Origin: a virus
DNA length: 64,000 bases
Reading direction: 5' to 3' (one strand)
IMG/VR virus record: IMGVR_UViG_3300030419_001484
Coordinates: 1-64,000 of that record
Both the position numbers and the translations under genes were made by a program. Each line of letters starts with the position of its first letter. Position 1 is the stretch's first letter. The notes beneath the pieces were generated by a model. That model saw only the letters and a program-made list of their open reading frames with translations, had not been told where the DNA came from and ran no database searches. Shown here one piece after another: positions 48,549-57,504 of this stretch.

Positions 48549-49108
48549 AAAAAACTACATTATTTGACATACCAATATGGACAAACAAGATAGATAATTT
48601 CTATTCAGTGAGGAAACAATTAGAGGATGAATTTAATAAATTTCCAGACACGAAGAATGAAATCAATCAAAGTGAGTATCAAAAGTTTTATACAAACAGA
48701 CAAAAAGATAGACCTGGCCTAACACAAAAATTCACAAATATAATATCAAAAGAGATACAAAATTTAGTTTCTGACATAAACAAAAACAGTGATATAAAGA
48801 TAAAAGATTTGACTGTCAAAGATGTTTGGTCAGTGACTTATCAGACAGGGGATTATCAGTCTATACACAATCATGGTTCAACAGGTTTGTCTGGTTTATT
48901 ATTCTTGGATAGTCCTATAGACGGCCCAAATTTGACCATAGTACAACCTTATAATAATTGGATGACGGACACTACTCGTTCTTTTTGTGCAAAGTTTGAA
49001 GAGGGTGCGATGGTTGTATTTCCTAGTTTCTTATTACATTCAAGTGACCCAAACAGATCACACAGACAAAAAAGAGTTATCAGTTGGGATATGGAGATAG
49101 TTCTCTGA
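48545..49108 (+). CDS. 2OG-Fe(II)-type oxygenase (HxH type)
   Basis: IHNH, FPSFLLHSS, KRVISWD. Confidence 0.85.
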   Translation: MKKTTLFDIPIWTNKIDNFYSVRKQLEDEFNKFPDTKNEINQSEYQKFYTNRQKDRPGLTQKFTNIISKEIQNLVSDINKNSDIKIKDLTVKDVWSVTYQTGDYQSIHNHGSTGLSGLLFLDSPIDGPNLTIVQPYNNWMTDTTRSFCAKFEEGAMVVFPSFLLHSSDPNRSHRQKRVISWDMEIVL

Positions 49109-49866
49109 TGTTCTTCAGAAAGAAGAAAACTGACGATATAATTCTTGATTGTTATACCTATAATCCTTATGCGTATAACTTTGCAAAAATAAACTATGGA
49201 TATCATTACATTCCAGAGTGGTGGAAAAAGACACCAAAAATTCTAGAAAAAAGAATTGCGACAATCAAAAACTGTCCAGCATTTGTTGAGTATTACACGA
49301 AAGGTATTGTCTTACCGATGTGGTGTGAACTTATAATACAGATTGAACCAAAGGGAAGTGAACAATTATTTACTTGGAAAAGTTCGCATAAAAAGTTCGG
49401 TATCAATCCCCATATACAAGAACAATTTAAAGGGTTTTCAAAAGAGGATGGACATAATCTAAAAATGGTGTCGCCTTGGTATATAAAGTGTAAAGAGGAG
49501 ATTTCTTTTACATATACACAACCAACTTGGAATCAGAGAGATACAATATTCGACCTTATATTACAACCAGGCGTGTTAAGTTTCAAATCAAATATGCAGA
49601 CAAATCTAAATTACTTCTTTCAACAAAAAAACACACAACAGAACATACACATACAACCATTAACACCAATGGTGATTATGCATCCAATATCAGAGAGAAA
49701 AGTAAAACTCAGACATCACTTTTTGACAAGTAAAGAAGACGAAGATGGAGCTCTATCTGGAATTAACAACGGAATGTTATTTGATAATTATCCAGAAAAT
49801 GTACATAAAAAGGCAAAGAAATTATTTGAAAAAATAGATGAAGTAGATGGAGGGATATACAAATAA
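49108..49866 (+). CDS. conserved marine-phage beta-sandwich protein
   Basis: PEWWK, TIKNCPAF, SPW, PG, TP motifs. Confidence 0.55.
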   Translation: MFFRKKKTDDIILDCYTYNPYAYNFAKINYGYHYIPEWWKKTPKILEKRIATIKNCPAFVEYYTKGIVLPMWCELIIQIEPKGSEQLFTWKSSHKKFGINPHIQEQFKGFSKEDGHNLKMVSPWYIKCKEEISFTYTQPTWNQRDTIFDLILQPGVLSFKSNMQTNLNYFFQQKNTQQNIHIQPLTPMVIMHPISERKVKLRHHFLTSKEDEDGALSGINNGMLFDNYPENVHKKAKKLFEKIDEVDGGIYK

Positions 49867-51047
49867 TGAAACTTGCTGTAATTGGAAAGGGAACTGTTGG
49901 TTCTTTGGCAGTTTTACATTTTCTAACATATACTGATTGGGATATAGATTGGGTATCTGACCCAAACACTCCAACCACTGCTGTTGGTGAAGGAACTACA
50001 ATTCGTGTTCCGTCTGCTCTTGCAAACTCTATATTAGAATTTTCTCATGATGATTTGATTGCAATGAATGGAACTCCAAAGGTGGGTATTTGGAAAGAAA
50101 ATTGGGGTGGTGGAAAAAAGTATTTACATCCATTTCCCATTGATTTAAGTGGATTACATTTCAATGCGATTGAGTTTCAGAACAAAGTATTTGAGATGTT
50201 ACAAGGTAATCAAAGAATTACAATGGTCAACGAGAGAGTGACAGATCCACAATCATATTCTGCTGATTACGTCATGGTGTGTTCTGGTTCTCCTAAAGAT
50301 CTAGATGAGTATAATATACTTGACTCCATTGTGGTGAACTCTGCATATGTTACTCAATGTTTCTGGGATACACCGACCTTTAATTATACACTCACACTTG
50401 CAAGGCCATGGGGTTGGGTATTCGGTATTCCTCTTCAGAACAGATGTTCAATCGGTTACGTTTATAATTCTGATTTTGTGTCTCTGAATGAAATTAAAGA
50501 GGATGTGAAGAACGTATTTCAACAGTATAACTTGACACCAAGTGATACCACAAATCATCTGGAATTTAAGAACTATGTACGAAAGAATAATTTTACTTCA
50601 AAAGTGGTCTATAATGGTAACGCATCATTCTTTTTAGAACCACTCGAAGCGACATCAACAACTACCTCTGATGACGTTTCACGTTTCGCATATGATATGT
50701 GGAATGGTAATATAAGTGTAGATGAAGCGAACAGAAAACACTTACACAATATTGAAGAAGTACTTGATATGATCGCTCTACATTATTGTAACAATATCGT
50801 CTATCGAAATGATTTCTGGGATAATGCAATACGGATTTCCTGTAACAGAATCAAAAACTCTTTAGACACTAATCCTGATTTTCAAAACCTTATTCATAAT
50901 TCCATACAAGGAACAGAGAATATGTTATCTGTATTCGGATTGAGTGATCCTGTACATTATGGTACATGGTCTTGGAAATCTTGGAATATCAATGTAAAAA
51001 ATCTTCAAATAAAAAGAACACTCAAATATTTAATGGGAGAGAAATAA
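49866..51047 (+). CDS. tryptophan-halogenase-like flavoprotein
   Basis: VIGKGTVG, VGEGT, GWVFGIPL, GNASFFLEPLEATS. Confidence 0.8.
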   Translation: MKLAVIGKGTVGSLAVLHFLTYTDWDIDWVSDPNTPTTAVGEGTTIRVPSALANSILEFSHDDLIAMNGTPKVGIWKENWGGGKKYLHPFPIDLSGLHFNAIEFQNKVFEMLQGNQRITMVNERVTDPQSYSADYVMVCSGSPKDLDEYNILDSIVVNSAYVTQCFWDTPTFNYTLTLARPWGWVFGIPLQNRCSIGYVYNSDFVSLNEIKEDVKNVFQQYNLTPSDTTNHLEFKNYVRKNNFTSKVVYNGNASFFLEPLEATSTTTSDDVSRFAYDMWNGNISVDEANRKHLHNIEEVLDMIALHYCNNIVYRNDFWDNAIRISCNRIKNSLDTNPDFQNLIHNSIQGTENMLSVFGLSDPVHYGTWSWKSWNINVKNLQIKRTLKYLMGEK

Positions 51048-51287
51048 ATGGGATTATTCAGTTGGGGTGGAAAACCCATAAAAGTAGAAACATTAGAACA
51101 AACACACAGGAAACTAGAAAGAGATATACTTACGTTAGAGAAGATGAACAAGGTATCAAACGTACATGAACATGAGATTAAAGAGAAGAAAAAACAGAAA
51201 CTTGCAATCAAAGATGAACTGGAACGTATGAAAAAGAACTTCAATGGTAAGACCTATGTAAAAGACGGAATAGAGAGTGACTTCTAG
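51048..51287 (+). CDS. DUF465/YdcH-like coiled-coil protein
   Basis: HRKLE..KKQKLAIKDEL. Confidence 0.65.
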   Translation: MGLFSWGGKPIKVETLEQTHRKLERDILTLEKMNKVSNVHEHEIKEKKKQKLAIKDELERMKKNFNGKTYVKDGIESDF

Positions 51288-51649
51288 ATACGAACTATTT
51301 AAAGGACATTACAAGATACTGAGAGAACAACGCAGACGAGAATCGATTTTTCGGACATTAGTTTCTGTATATCCATCTGGTCTATATCATCCTGTTTATT
51401 CTATGTGGAACTGTATGATATGGGCATGGAGTAATAGTGGAACACACAATTTAGATGGTAAAGGAAAGATAAGAAAGTGAACCACTATTCAACAACATCA
51501 TATAGAGAGTATTTTCGTATGAAAACCCATGACGAGAGATGGGTAAAACGTATGATGGAGAAGTATAATTTATCAATACATTATCCACGATGTGTAGAGT
51601 ACGTTCTTAGAAGAGAGGCTTATCTAGAGTGGTTACAAGGAGGATATCT

Positions 51650-52267
51650 ATGAACGTGTTACCTTTATTTTCATCACCTGTCACAATGGATATGTATGAG
51701 TTAGACAGAGATGAAATAGAACTCATTAAGAGAGAACCATTTCACTCACACACATATGACCTTGATGGTTTGTCTAGTGATAATCGTAATATACTTACAA
51801 AAACACCAAACTTATTTCATGTTGTTCATTCACATATAAAGAAATCACTGTATGATAATTTAAAAATAGTGGATAATATAGGATATAAAGTAACATCTTC
51901 TTGGTTGAATAATCATCCACCAAGACATTCTGCACATGGACATTCTCATGTGAATAGTATGTTTACAGGAGTATTATATGTAGATTGTCCTCAAGACAGT
52001 GGAGAACTTATATTCGTGATGCCCTATACAACACCCACATGGAACACAGGAACAATACAACCAAACATAAAAGAACATAACATATTCAATAGTAGAGAGT
52101 GGAGATTACCAACACCAACAGGTATGTGTATATTATTTCCATCACATTTACGACATGGAGTGACTACAAATGAAAGTGACCATAATAGATATTCAATAGG
52201 ATTTAATATCATGTTGGAGGGTCACATAGGTGTAAGTGATGAAACAATTAATATAAGATTACTATGA
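51650..52267 (+). CDS. 2OG-Fe(II)-type oxygenase (HxH type)
   Basis: HSHVNS, FPSHLRHGV, RYSIGFN. Confidence 0.87.
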   Translation: MNVLPLFSSPVTMDMYELDRDEIELIKREPFHSHTYDLDGLSSDNRNILTKTPNLFHVVHSHIKKSLYDNLKIVDNIGYKVTSSWLNNHPPRHSAHGHSHVNSMFTGVLYVDCPQDSGELIFVMPYTTPTWNTGTIQPNIKEHNIFNSREWRLPTPTGMCILFPSHLRHGVTTNESDHNRYSIGFNIMLEGHIGVSDETINIRLL

Positions 52268-52455
52268 CATATCCAGAAACAATCATATATACAGATAAAG
52301 AAAGAATATACTGTAATGGTGACTTTGGAAACGATCACCCAAGAGTATATTATTCAGTACCCACAGAAGGGTTTGTAGTTTGTGGTTATTGTGATACAAA
52401 GTATACTAGAGATGATAACTTTAAAGACTATACTAATACTTACGACTCTGAGTAA
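52264..52455 (+). CDS. zf-CHCC zinc-finger protein
   Basis: CNG...HPRVY...CGYC. Confidence 0.85.
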   Translation: MTYPETIIYTDKERIYCNGDFGNDHPRVYYSVPTEGFVVCGYCDTKYTRDDNFKDYTNTYDSE

Positions 52456-52518
52456 TCTATTCATAGTAGATGACGACCTAGTGAGAACAAGACCGATAGG
52501 GGGATATCGGAAAGAATA

Positions 52519-52646
52519 TGGTACTTGATGGGAATGTATGGTATTTTCGGACACTATTTAAAAAGGTATAAAAAAACATAGAGTTGTTGTGTTCTTACTT
52601 TGTAGTCTATCGTCAGAATTACCCCACAGTCCCCCAGATTTTACCA
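52519..52646. promoter_or_regulatory. two convergent triplets of TGGGN-like boxes with 10-bp period (MraZ-box-like)
   Basis: TGGTA/TGGGA/TGGTA at 52519/52529/52539; CCCCA/CCCCA/TACCA at 52622/52632/52642. Confidence 0.45.
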
Positions 52647-52778
52647 CAGACAGACAGTAGAAACGAATCAGTTGACAGGTATCAAGTGATAGTATAGAGT
52701 ATCAAGTCCTGTAAGTCTTTGATTCTAAAGGGAAATAAAACACTTGACAACCACACGAATCTCTGATACATTATAAGT

Positions 52779-52977
52779 GTAGTTAGTAAAAAGGTTAAAG
52801 ACAGACATTAGGCATGTGTTGATACTAACTTGTTGGTCACTCATTAACTGTCGTAAAAGCCCTCCTTTTTACTTTCTACACAATGGGTGTCCGATCATGA
52901 GGACTCAAACAAACACATAACAAAAACTTAACCCAGACTGATGAGCGGTGGCATAACAAGTAGGTCTGGGTTTTTTT
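52779..52977 (+). ncRNA. candidate ~200-nt early small RNA
   Basis: promoter at 52744, no substantial sense ORF, terminator 52930-52977. Confidence 0.55.
52930..52977 (+). terminator. intrinsic terminator
   Basis: AACCCAGAC/GTCTGGGTT plus T7. Confidence 0.7.
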
Positions 52978-53024
52978 GTGTCGAAAAGACTTGACAAGTA
53001 TTACAGATTCGTGTATACTTATAG

Positions 53025-53270
53025 TGTAGTTAATAGAGAGGTGATTCGATATGGTGTAAAAGGAAACGGAGATAGACACCCTCAACCTTTGGGAAGTTTA
53101 TCGTTTGGAGAGATTATGGAGTTCGGAGTTCCAGCCTAGGATCGTTAGTGTAAAAGGTTACAACCCCAGATGAGGTGGGTCATTCGATAAAGGAGTGATT
53201 CATAAGAGTAGTCTGGGGTTGACTTGTATCTGGGGTAGGTGATTCGTTTCGGCCTTATACCCCCCTTAAA
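53025..53270 (+). ncRNA. candidate second early structured RNA
   Basis: promoter at 52991; ATG-GTG-TAA mini-ORF; long hairpin 53161-53221; boundaries approximate. Confidence 0.45.
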
Positions 53271-53551
53271 TCTGTGATTCGTTTTGTAATCTATAAATGT
53301 AATAAGTATCCAGAGAGATTTTTCAGAGTACCCCCCCCCAAAACTGAGCGGCTTTTATTTTCACTTCCCTAGATAAATACTTGACACATATACCGAATCA
53401 TGTTATAGTAAGAATATGAGATTAATGACTGACGATTATATTATGAATATAACAAGTGTTCCTATATGGAGTGAGTGGACTCCGTAAGGGGCCGCAGTAG
53501 ACTTGAAGTTTCTTTCATTGTTTCATATGAATAAATTATTAGGAGTATATT

Positions 53552-54556
53552 ATGAATAAAGATAAAAGTATAATTAAGAATGTTAGGTTGGCTCTAAAAA
53601 TTCTTGGTAAACCTAGTCTATCTAGTACAATAGGAAAAGTGATAAGAAAACTAGACCCTACTGATGATGGATATAGATTTAGATGGATACTATCACAATC
53701 TGGTCACTTTGATTATGATAGACAACTATCCACACCTAAAAAGTATTATTGGATTGACCCTAATGTATAATCGTAGTGAACAACGTGAGAGGAAACTTGC
53801 GATAAGACCACTCATAGAATTAGAAGATGAACTGTGGCAACTCAACCAATTGTCAAAGTTAAACAAAGATACACGCAATCGTAAAGCTCGTCTGGAGCGA
53901 GTAGTCGCAGTTAAGAGATTTGCATTACAGAAAGTACAAGAGAAGATTGCAAAAGAAGTTGAGAAAAGTAAATGAAAAAAAATATTGAAGAAATGCATAA
54001 ACAGTTCTTCATACTTGTAAGAATGTTAACAAAGGATGGACACGACCCACTTGCAATAGCTGGGTGTATGTTAGCAGGTGCAGTACAAATATATCAAAAA
54101 GAGTTGGGTATGGAAACGACACAGGATTTGTTAGATCAGATTGCAAATGGTGGTGATGATGATTTAGATAGTTTAGAGGATATGAAAGATCCAGATACCT
54201 ATCATTGACATGGAGATTATATTATGGGTTTGATGCCAATATATTATACGACTACCAAACTGAGTGGTAGAAGAAAGGTTTCTGTTCGTGAGAGAAGGTT
54301 GAGAGAGAATCATGAGAAATGGTTAAAGACTATGGGTATAGATAAGCCTTGGAAACCAAAGAAAGAGGTGTTAAAATTAGCGAGCGAAAAAAAGGAGAGA
54401 TATTCGAGTGTAGGGAATGGTATCGGTAATGGTTTCGTTAAGACTTCTTCTGTGTTAAGTGGTGAGTATATCATAGGTCAAGCATACAACAAAGGTAATC
54501 TAGTTGTGTTAAGTAAAGAGGACGCAAAGGACGAGAGTACTGGAAAGAGAAGATGA
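53552..54556 (+). CDS. four early hypothetical genes (53552-53770, ~53763-53975, 53972-54208, 54224-54556)
   Basis: coupled ORFs; the last has a conserved IGQAYNKGNL motif. Confidence 0.6.
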
Positions 54557-55101
54557 CAAGAGAAGTCAGACTCAGCACAGTAGGTTTAATTGAACGTGTT
54601 GAAGGTCATGATGTATTCAAAAAATATATGTTGAATTACATTGATGATAAACCCCTAAACAGATTGATTGAAAGAAACACTGATGTGTCACATACTGATT
54701 GGGATGAGAGTGGTAACGAGAATAGAGAATATGTAAACAAATTTACATCACTCATAAGTTATAACATGAAGACTATAACGAATAGATTGTCTTTGTCTTA
54801 CATGGATATAACTGATGTGTGGTTTCAACAATACTCAAGAAACGCGGAACATTCATGGCATGGTCATTTCGGAAGTGACTGGGCTGGTATCTATTATGTT
54901 GAGATGCCTAATGAAAAAGATAAAACATTATTGTGGGATTATCATTCATCTAAGATAGTGGATGATATAGATTTACATGAGGGTGATATGTTTGTGTTTC
55001 CATCAACTATTTTACATTGTTCACCACTCAATATTACTGACATAAGAAAAACAGTTATTTCATTTAACATGAAAGTAGGAGATGTTACAAGACTTTACTA
55101 A
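54553..55101 (+). CDS. 2OG-Fe(II)-type oxygenase (HxH type)
   Basis: WFQQY, WHGH, FPSTILHCS, KTVISFN. Confidence 0.85.
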   Translation: MTREVRLSTVGLIERVEGHDVFKKYMLNYIDDKPLNRLIERNTDVSHTDWDESGNENREYVNKFTSLISYNMKTITNRLSLSYMDITDVWFQQYSRNAEHSWHGHFGSDWAGIYYVEMPNEKDKTLLWDYHSSKIVDDIDLHEGDMFVFPSTILHCSPLNITDIRKTVISFNMKVGDVTRLY

Positions 55102-55154
55102 ACAATTCGTAAAGTATGTCGTTTATATAAATAGATAGAACAAAGGATAGAGAG

Positions 55155-55412
55155 ATGCAAATAGGTACAGTTACAAATCAGTACATCAATAACTACCACT
55201 ATCAAGGTGTGCAACAAGCAAATCAACAATCTATAACAAGAGAGATTGAGGATTTATCAGACACACGACTTATGGAATATAGACAAGAACAACAACGTGA
55301 ACAACACAGATGGTTAGCATATATTATGATGATGCAGTTTTTTGCTAAGAACCAGATGTGGAATTTGTTAGATCAAATGCGTATCCAGAGGACTCTCAAC
55401 ATCACTGCCTGA
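55155..55412 (+). CDS. Q-rich hypothetical protein
   Basis: late promoter at 55126; ends LNITA. Confidence 0.55.
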   Translation: MQIGTVTNQYINNYHYQGVQQANQQSITREIEDLSDTRLMEYRQEQQREQHRWLAYIMMMQFFAKNQMWNLLDQMRIQRTLNITA

Positions 55413-55611
55413 TGGGCAGATTTACTAAAAAAGAAGTAGACTATTTACCAGACGGGCCTATCATGTCTTGTCTGAGAGAACCACAACTTATGGTTGCAGA
55501 GTGGCGTGAGAGAAGTGCATTCTCTAAAAACTTACAACACAACAATGATATTAACAGAGAGTGGAGAAAGAAACTCTCTAAGACAACTTGTTGTGGACGA
55601 TATATAAAAGA

Positions 55612-56229
55612 ATGCAAATAGAAAAATATTATGAACCCTTTCCATACATTATCATAGATGATTATTATGAGAAAGATGAACTAAGTCTTATCTGGGAAGA
55701 ACTTGAGTTTTTGACTCATCCACAAAAATTACGCCGTGCAACTAAAGAAAGTGGTGGAGCTCAGAAAGATGGTAAACTACTTAAATATAACTATCACAGA
55801 TACTTAGATAATTTATATGAAGATAGAAATATGTCTAACATATTATCTGTGAATAGAAAGTTGTTTGACCAAGATATATTTAAAACAAATGAAAGTTGGT
55901 TTTTCCAAAACGTAACAAATACCATAAACATGGATTTCACTCAAGTGGGATACTATGAGAATAATGATGAGTATGGGTTACACCATGATCATTCAGTTGT
56001 AACTTCTTTAACTTGGTTGTACAAAGAACCAAAAAAATTCACAGGCGGTGATTTGTATATCGGTGATAGTGAAATAAAAATTGAGTGTGTAAATAATAGA
56101 ACATTAGTATTTCCATCAATGATAAAACACAAAGTGAATACCATTCACATGGAAGAAGAACATTTAAATCAAAGACTTGGTAGATATTGTATATCTCAGT
56201 TTGCATTGACATCAATATATAAACCATGA
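55612..56229 (+). CDS. 2OG-Fe(II) oxygenase
   Basis: HHD, KFTGGDL, FPSMIKHKV, RYCISQF. Confidence 0.87.
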   Translation: MQIEKYYEPFPYIIIDDYYEKDELSLIWEELEFLTHPQKLRRATKESGGAQKDGKLLKYNYHRYLDNLYEDRNMSNILSVNRKLFDQDIFKTNESWFFQNVTNTINMDFTQVGYYENNDEYGLHHDHSVVTSLTWLYKEPKKFTGGDLYIGDSEIKIECVNNRTLVFPSMIKHKVNTIHMEEEHLNQRLGRYCISQFALTSIYKP

Positions 56230-56425
56230 TATTTAATTATATTGTATATACATCACTTCTTATTATTGTGACACAATTGTTATACATTGGAAACAAATTA
56301 GAAAAGATAACATGGCAAGAGTATTATGTTATATGGGGAATAATTTTATATACATTGTTTAGTTAACTATTTTTCTCTAAGTCGTTATTATAAATAGTAT
56401 TGCGAGTTAGAGAGAGGTACGTTTA

Positions 56426-56908
56426 ATGATTGATCCAGTAACAGCACTAGGTGTTGCAACCACAGCGTTCAACGCAATCAAGACAGGTTTCCAAGCAGGG
56501 AGAGATGTTGAGGGTATGGCAGGCGACCTATCCAGATGGATGGGTGCAGTCAGTGACATCAAGAAGGCAGAAGAATACAACCAAAAACCACCATTGTTTA
56601 AAAAACTATTTGCGGCTGGTTCTGTAGAAGAGGAGGCGTTGCAAACACTTATGGCAAAAAAGAAAACTGAGGATATGAGAGATCAGCTCAAGAATATTAT
56701 TATGTTTTCCAGAGGTCATGGTGCTTGGGAGGAGCTTTTGAGAACTGAAGGCGAGATTAGAAAAAAACGACAGAAGATGATTTATGACCAAGAGGAACGA
56801 TGGAGAAAAATCTGGGAGTGGGTTGGTCTTGGTTTTCTAGGAGTGGTGGTTACAGGTTTTATCGTGTTTCTCTTTTATCTTTATCTATCCACAAGAGGTT
56901 ACATCTAA
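56426..56908 (+). CDS. conserved marine-phage membrane protein
   Basis: MIDPVTALGVATTAFNAIK; C-terminal TM. Confidence 0.7.
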   Translation: MIDPVTALGVATTAFNAIKTGFQAGRDVEGMAGDLSRWMGAVSDIKKAEEYNQKPPLFKKLFAAGSVEEEALQTLMAKKKTEDMRDQLKNIIMFSRGHGAWEELLRTEGEIRKKRQKMIYDQEERWRKIWEWVGLGFLGVVVTGFIVFLFYLYLSTRGYI

Positions 56909-57041
56909 GTGTTAGACGTAATAGAGTATTTTATCGAATACTTTGATATGTATTATTATCTTTTTGTGCCTTGGGATTTTCACAATACAGTATGGGTTAT
57001 ACTTGGTCTTATATGGTATCTAAACAGATTGAACACACGAT

Positions 57042-57479
57042 ATGTCATTTCAGAAAAAACACAAACATCTTTCTACTATCCAGATATTTAATATCTATGC
57101 GTGGGTAATCGTATATCTAACAATTTTCGCACAACCACTTCTTGCAGAAAAGAATCGTTATGGTCAAGAAGAAAAACACCCCAACATCATACAATGTTTT
57201 TCATGTTACCTAAAGAAGTTTTCTGATTGGACTTGGGAACAAGAGAAACGATTAGGTAAACGTGAAGACCCTAAGTATATAACCTGTCGAAGATACAAAA
57301 GAGTTCAAGCAAAGAACGGACAACAAGTCTGCATCTACAAAGGTGCAAACAACACTTACACATTAGTTGTCGAAGGCCAGTGTCCGAGTGAATATCGTTG
57401 TAAGTATGACCCACATGGAAAAGAACCAAACATAGATAGTGTGGTGGATTCTCTTAACGACTCATTCAAAAAGAAGTAA
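57042..57479 (+). CDS. exported Cys-rich protein
   Basis: TCR..VCIYKGANNT..CPSEYRC. Confidence 0.6.
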   Translation: MSFQKKHKHLSTIQIFNIYAWVIVYLTIFAQPLLAEKNRYGQEEKHPNIIQCFSCYLKKFSDWTWEQEKRLGKREDPKYITCRRYKRVQAKNGQQVCIYKGANNTYTLVVEGQCPSEYRCKYDPHGKEPNIDSVVDSLNDSFKKK

Positions 57480-57504
57480 TAAATAACTCGTAAGGAGTTT
57501 ATTT

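Noticed and set aside
52938-52990. CTGATGAG as a hammerhead ribozyme core
   Set aside because: No stem II closed by GAAA with a compatible cleavage triplet; the sequence sits inside a terminator hairpin
53416-53487. 23-codon Trp-containing leader peptide ending Pro-stop
   Set aside because: No attenuator structure or related downstream gene; likely a chance ORF
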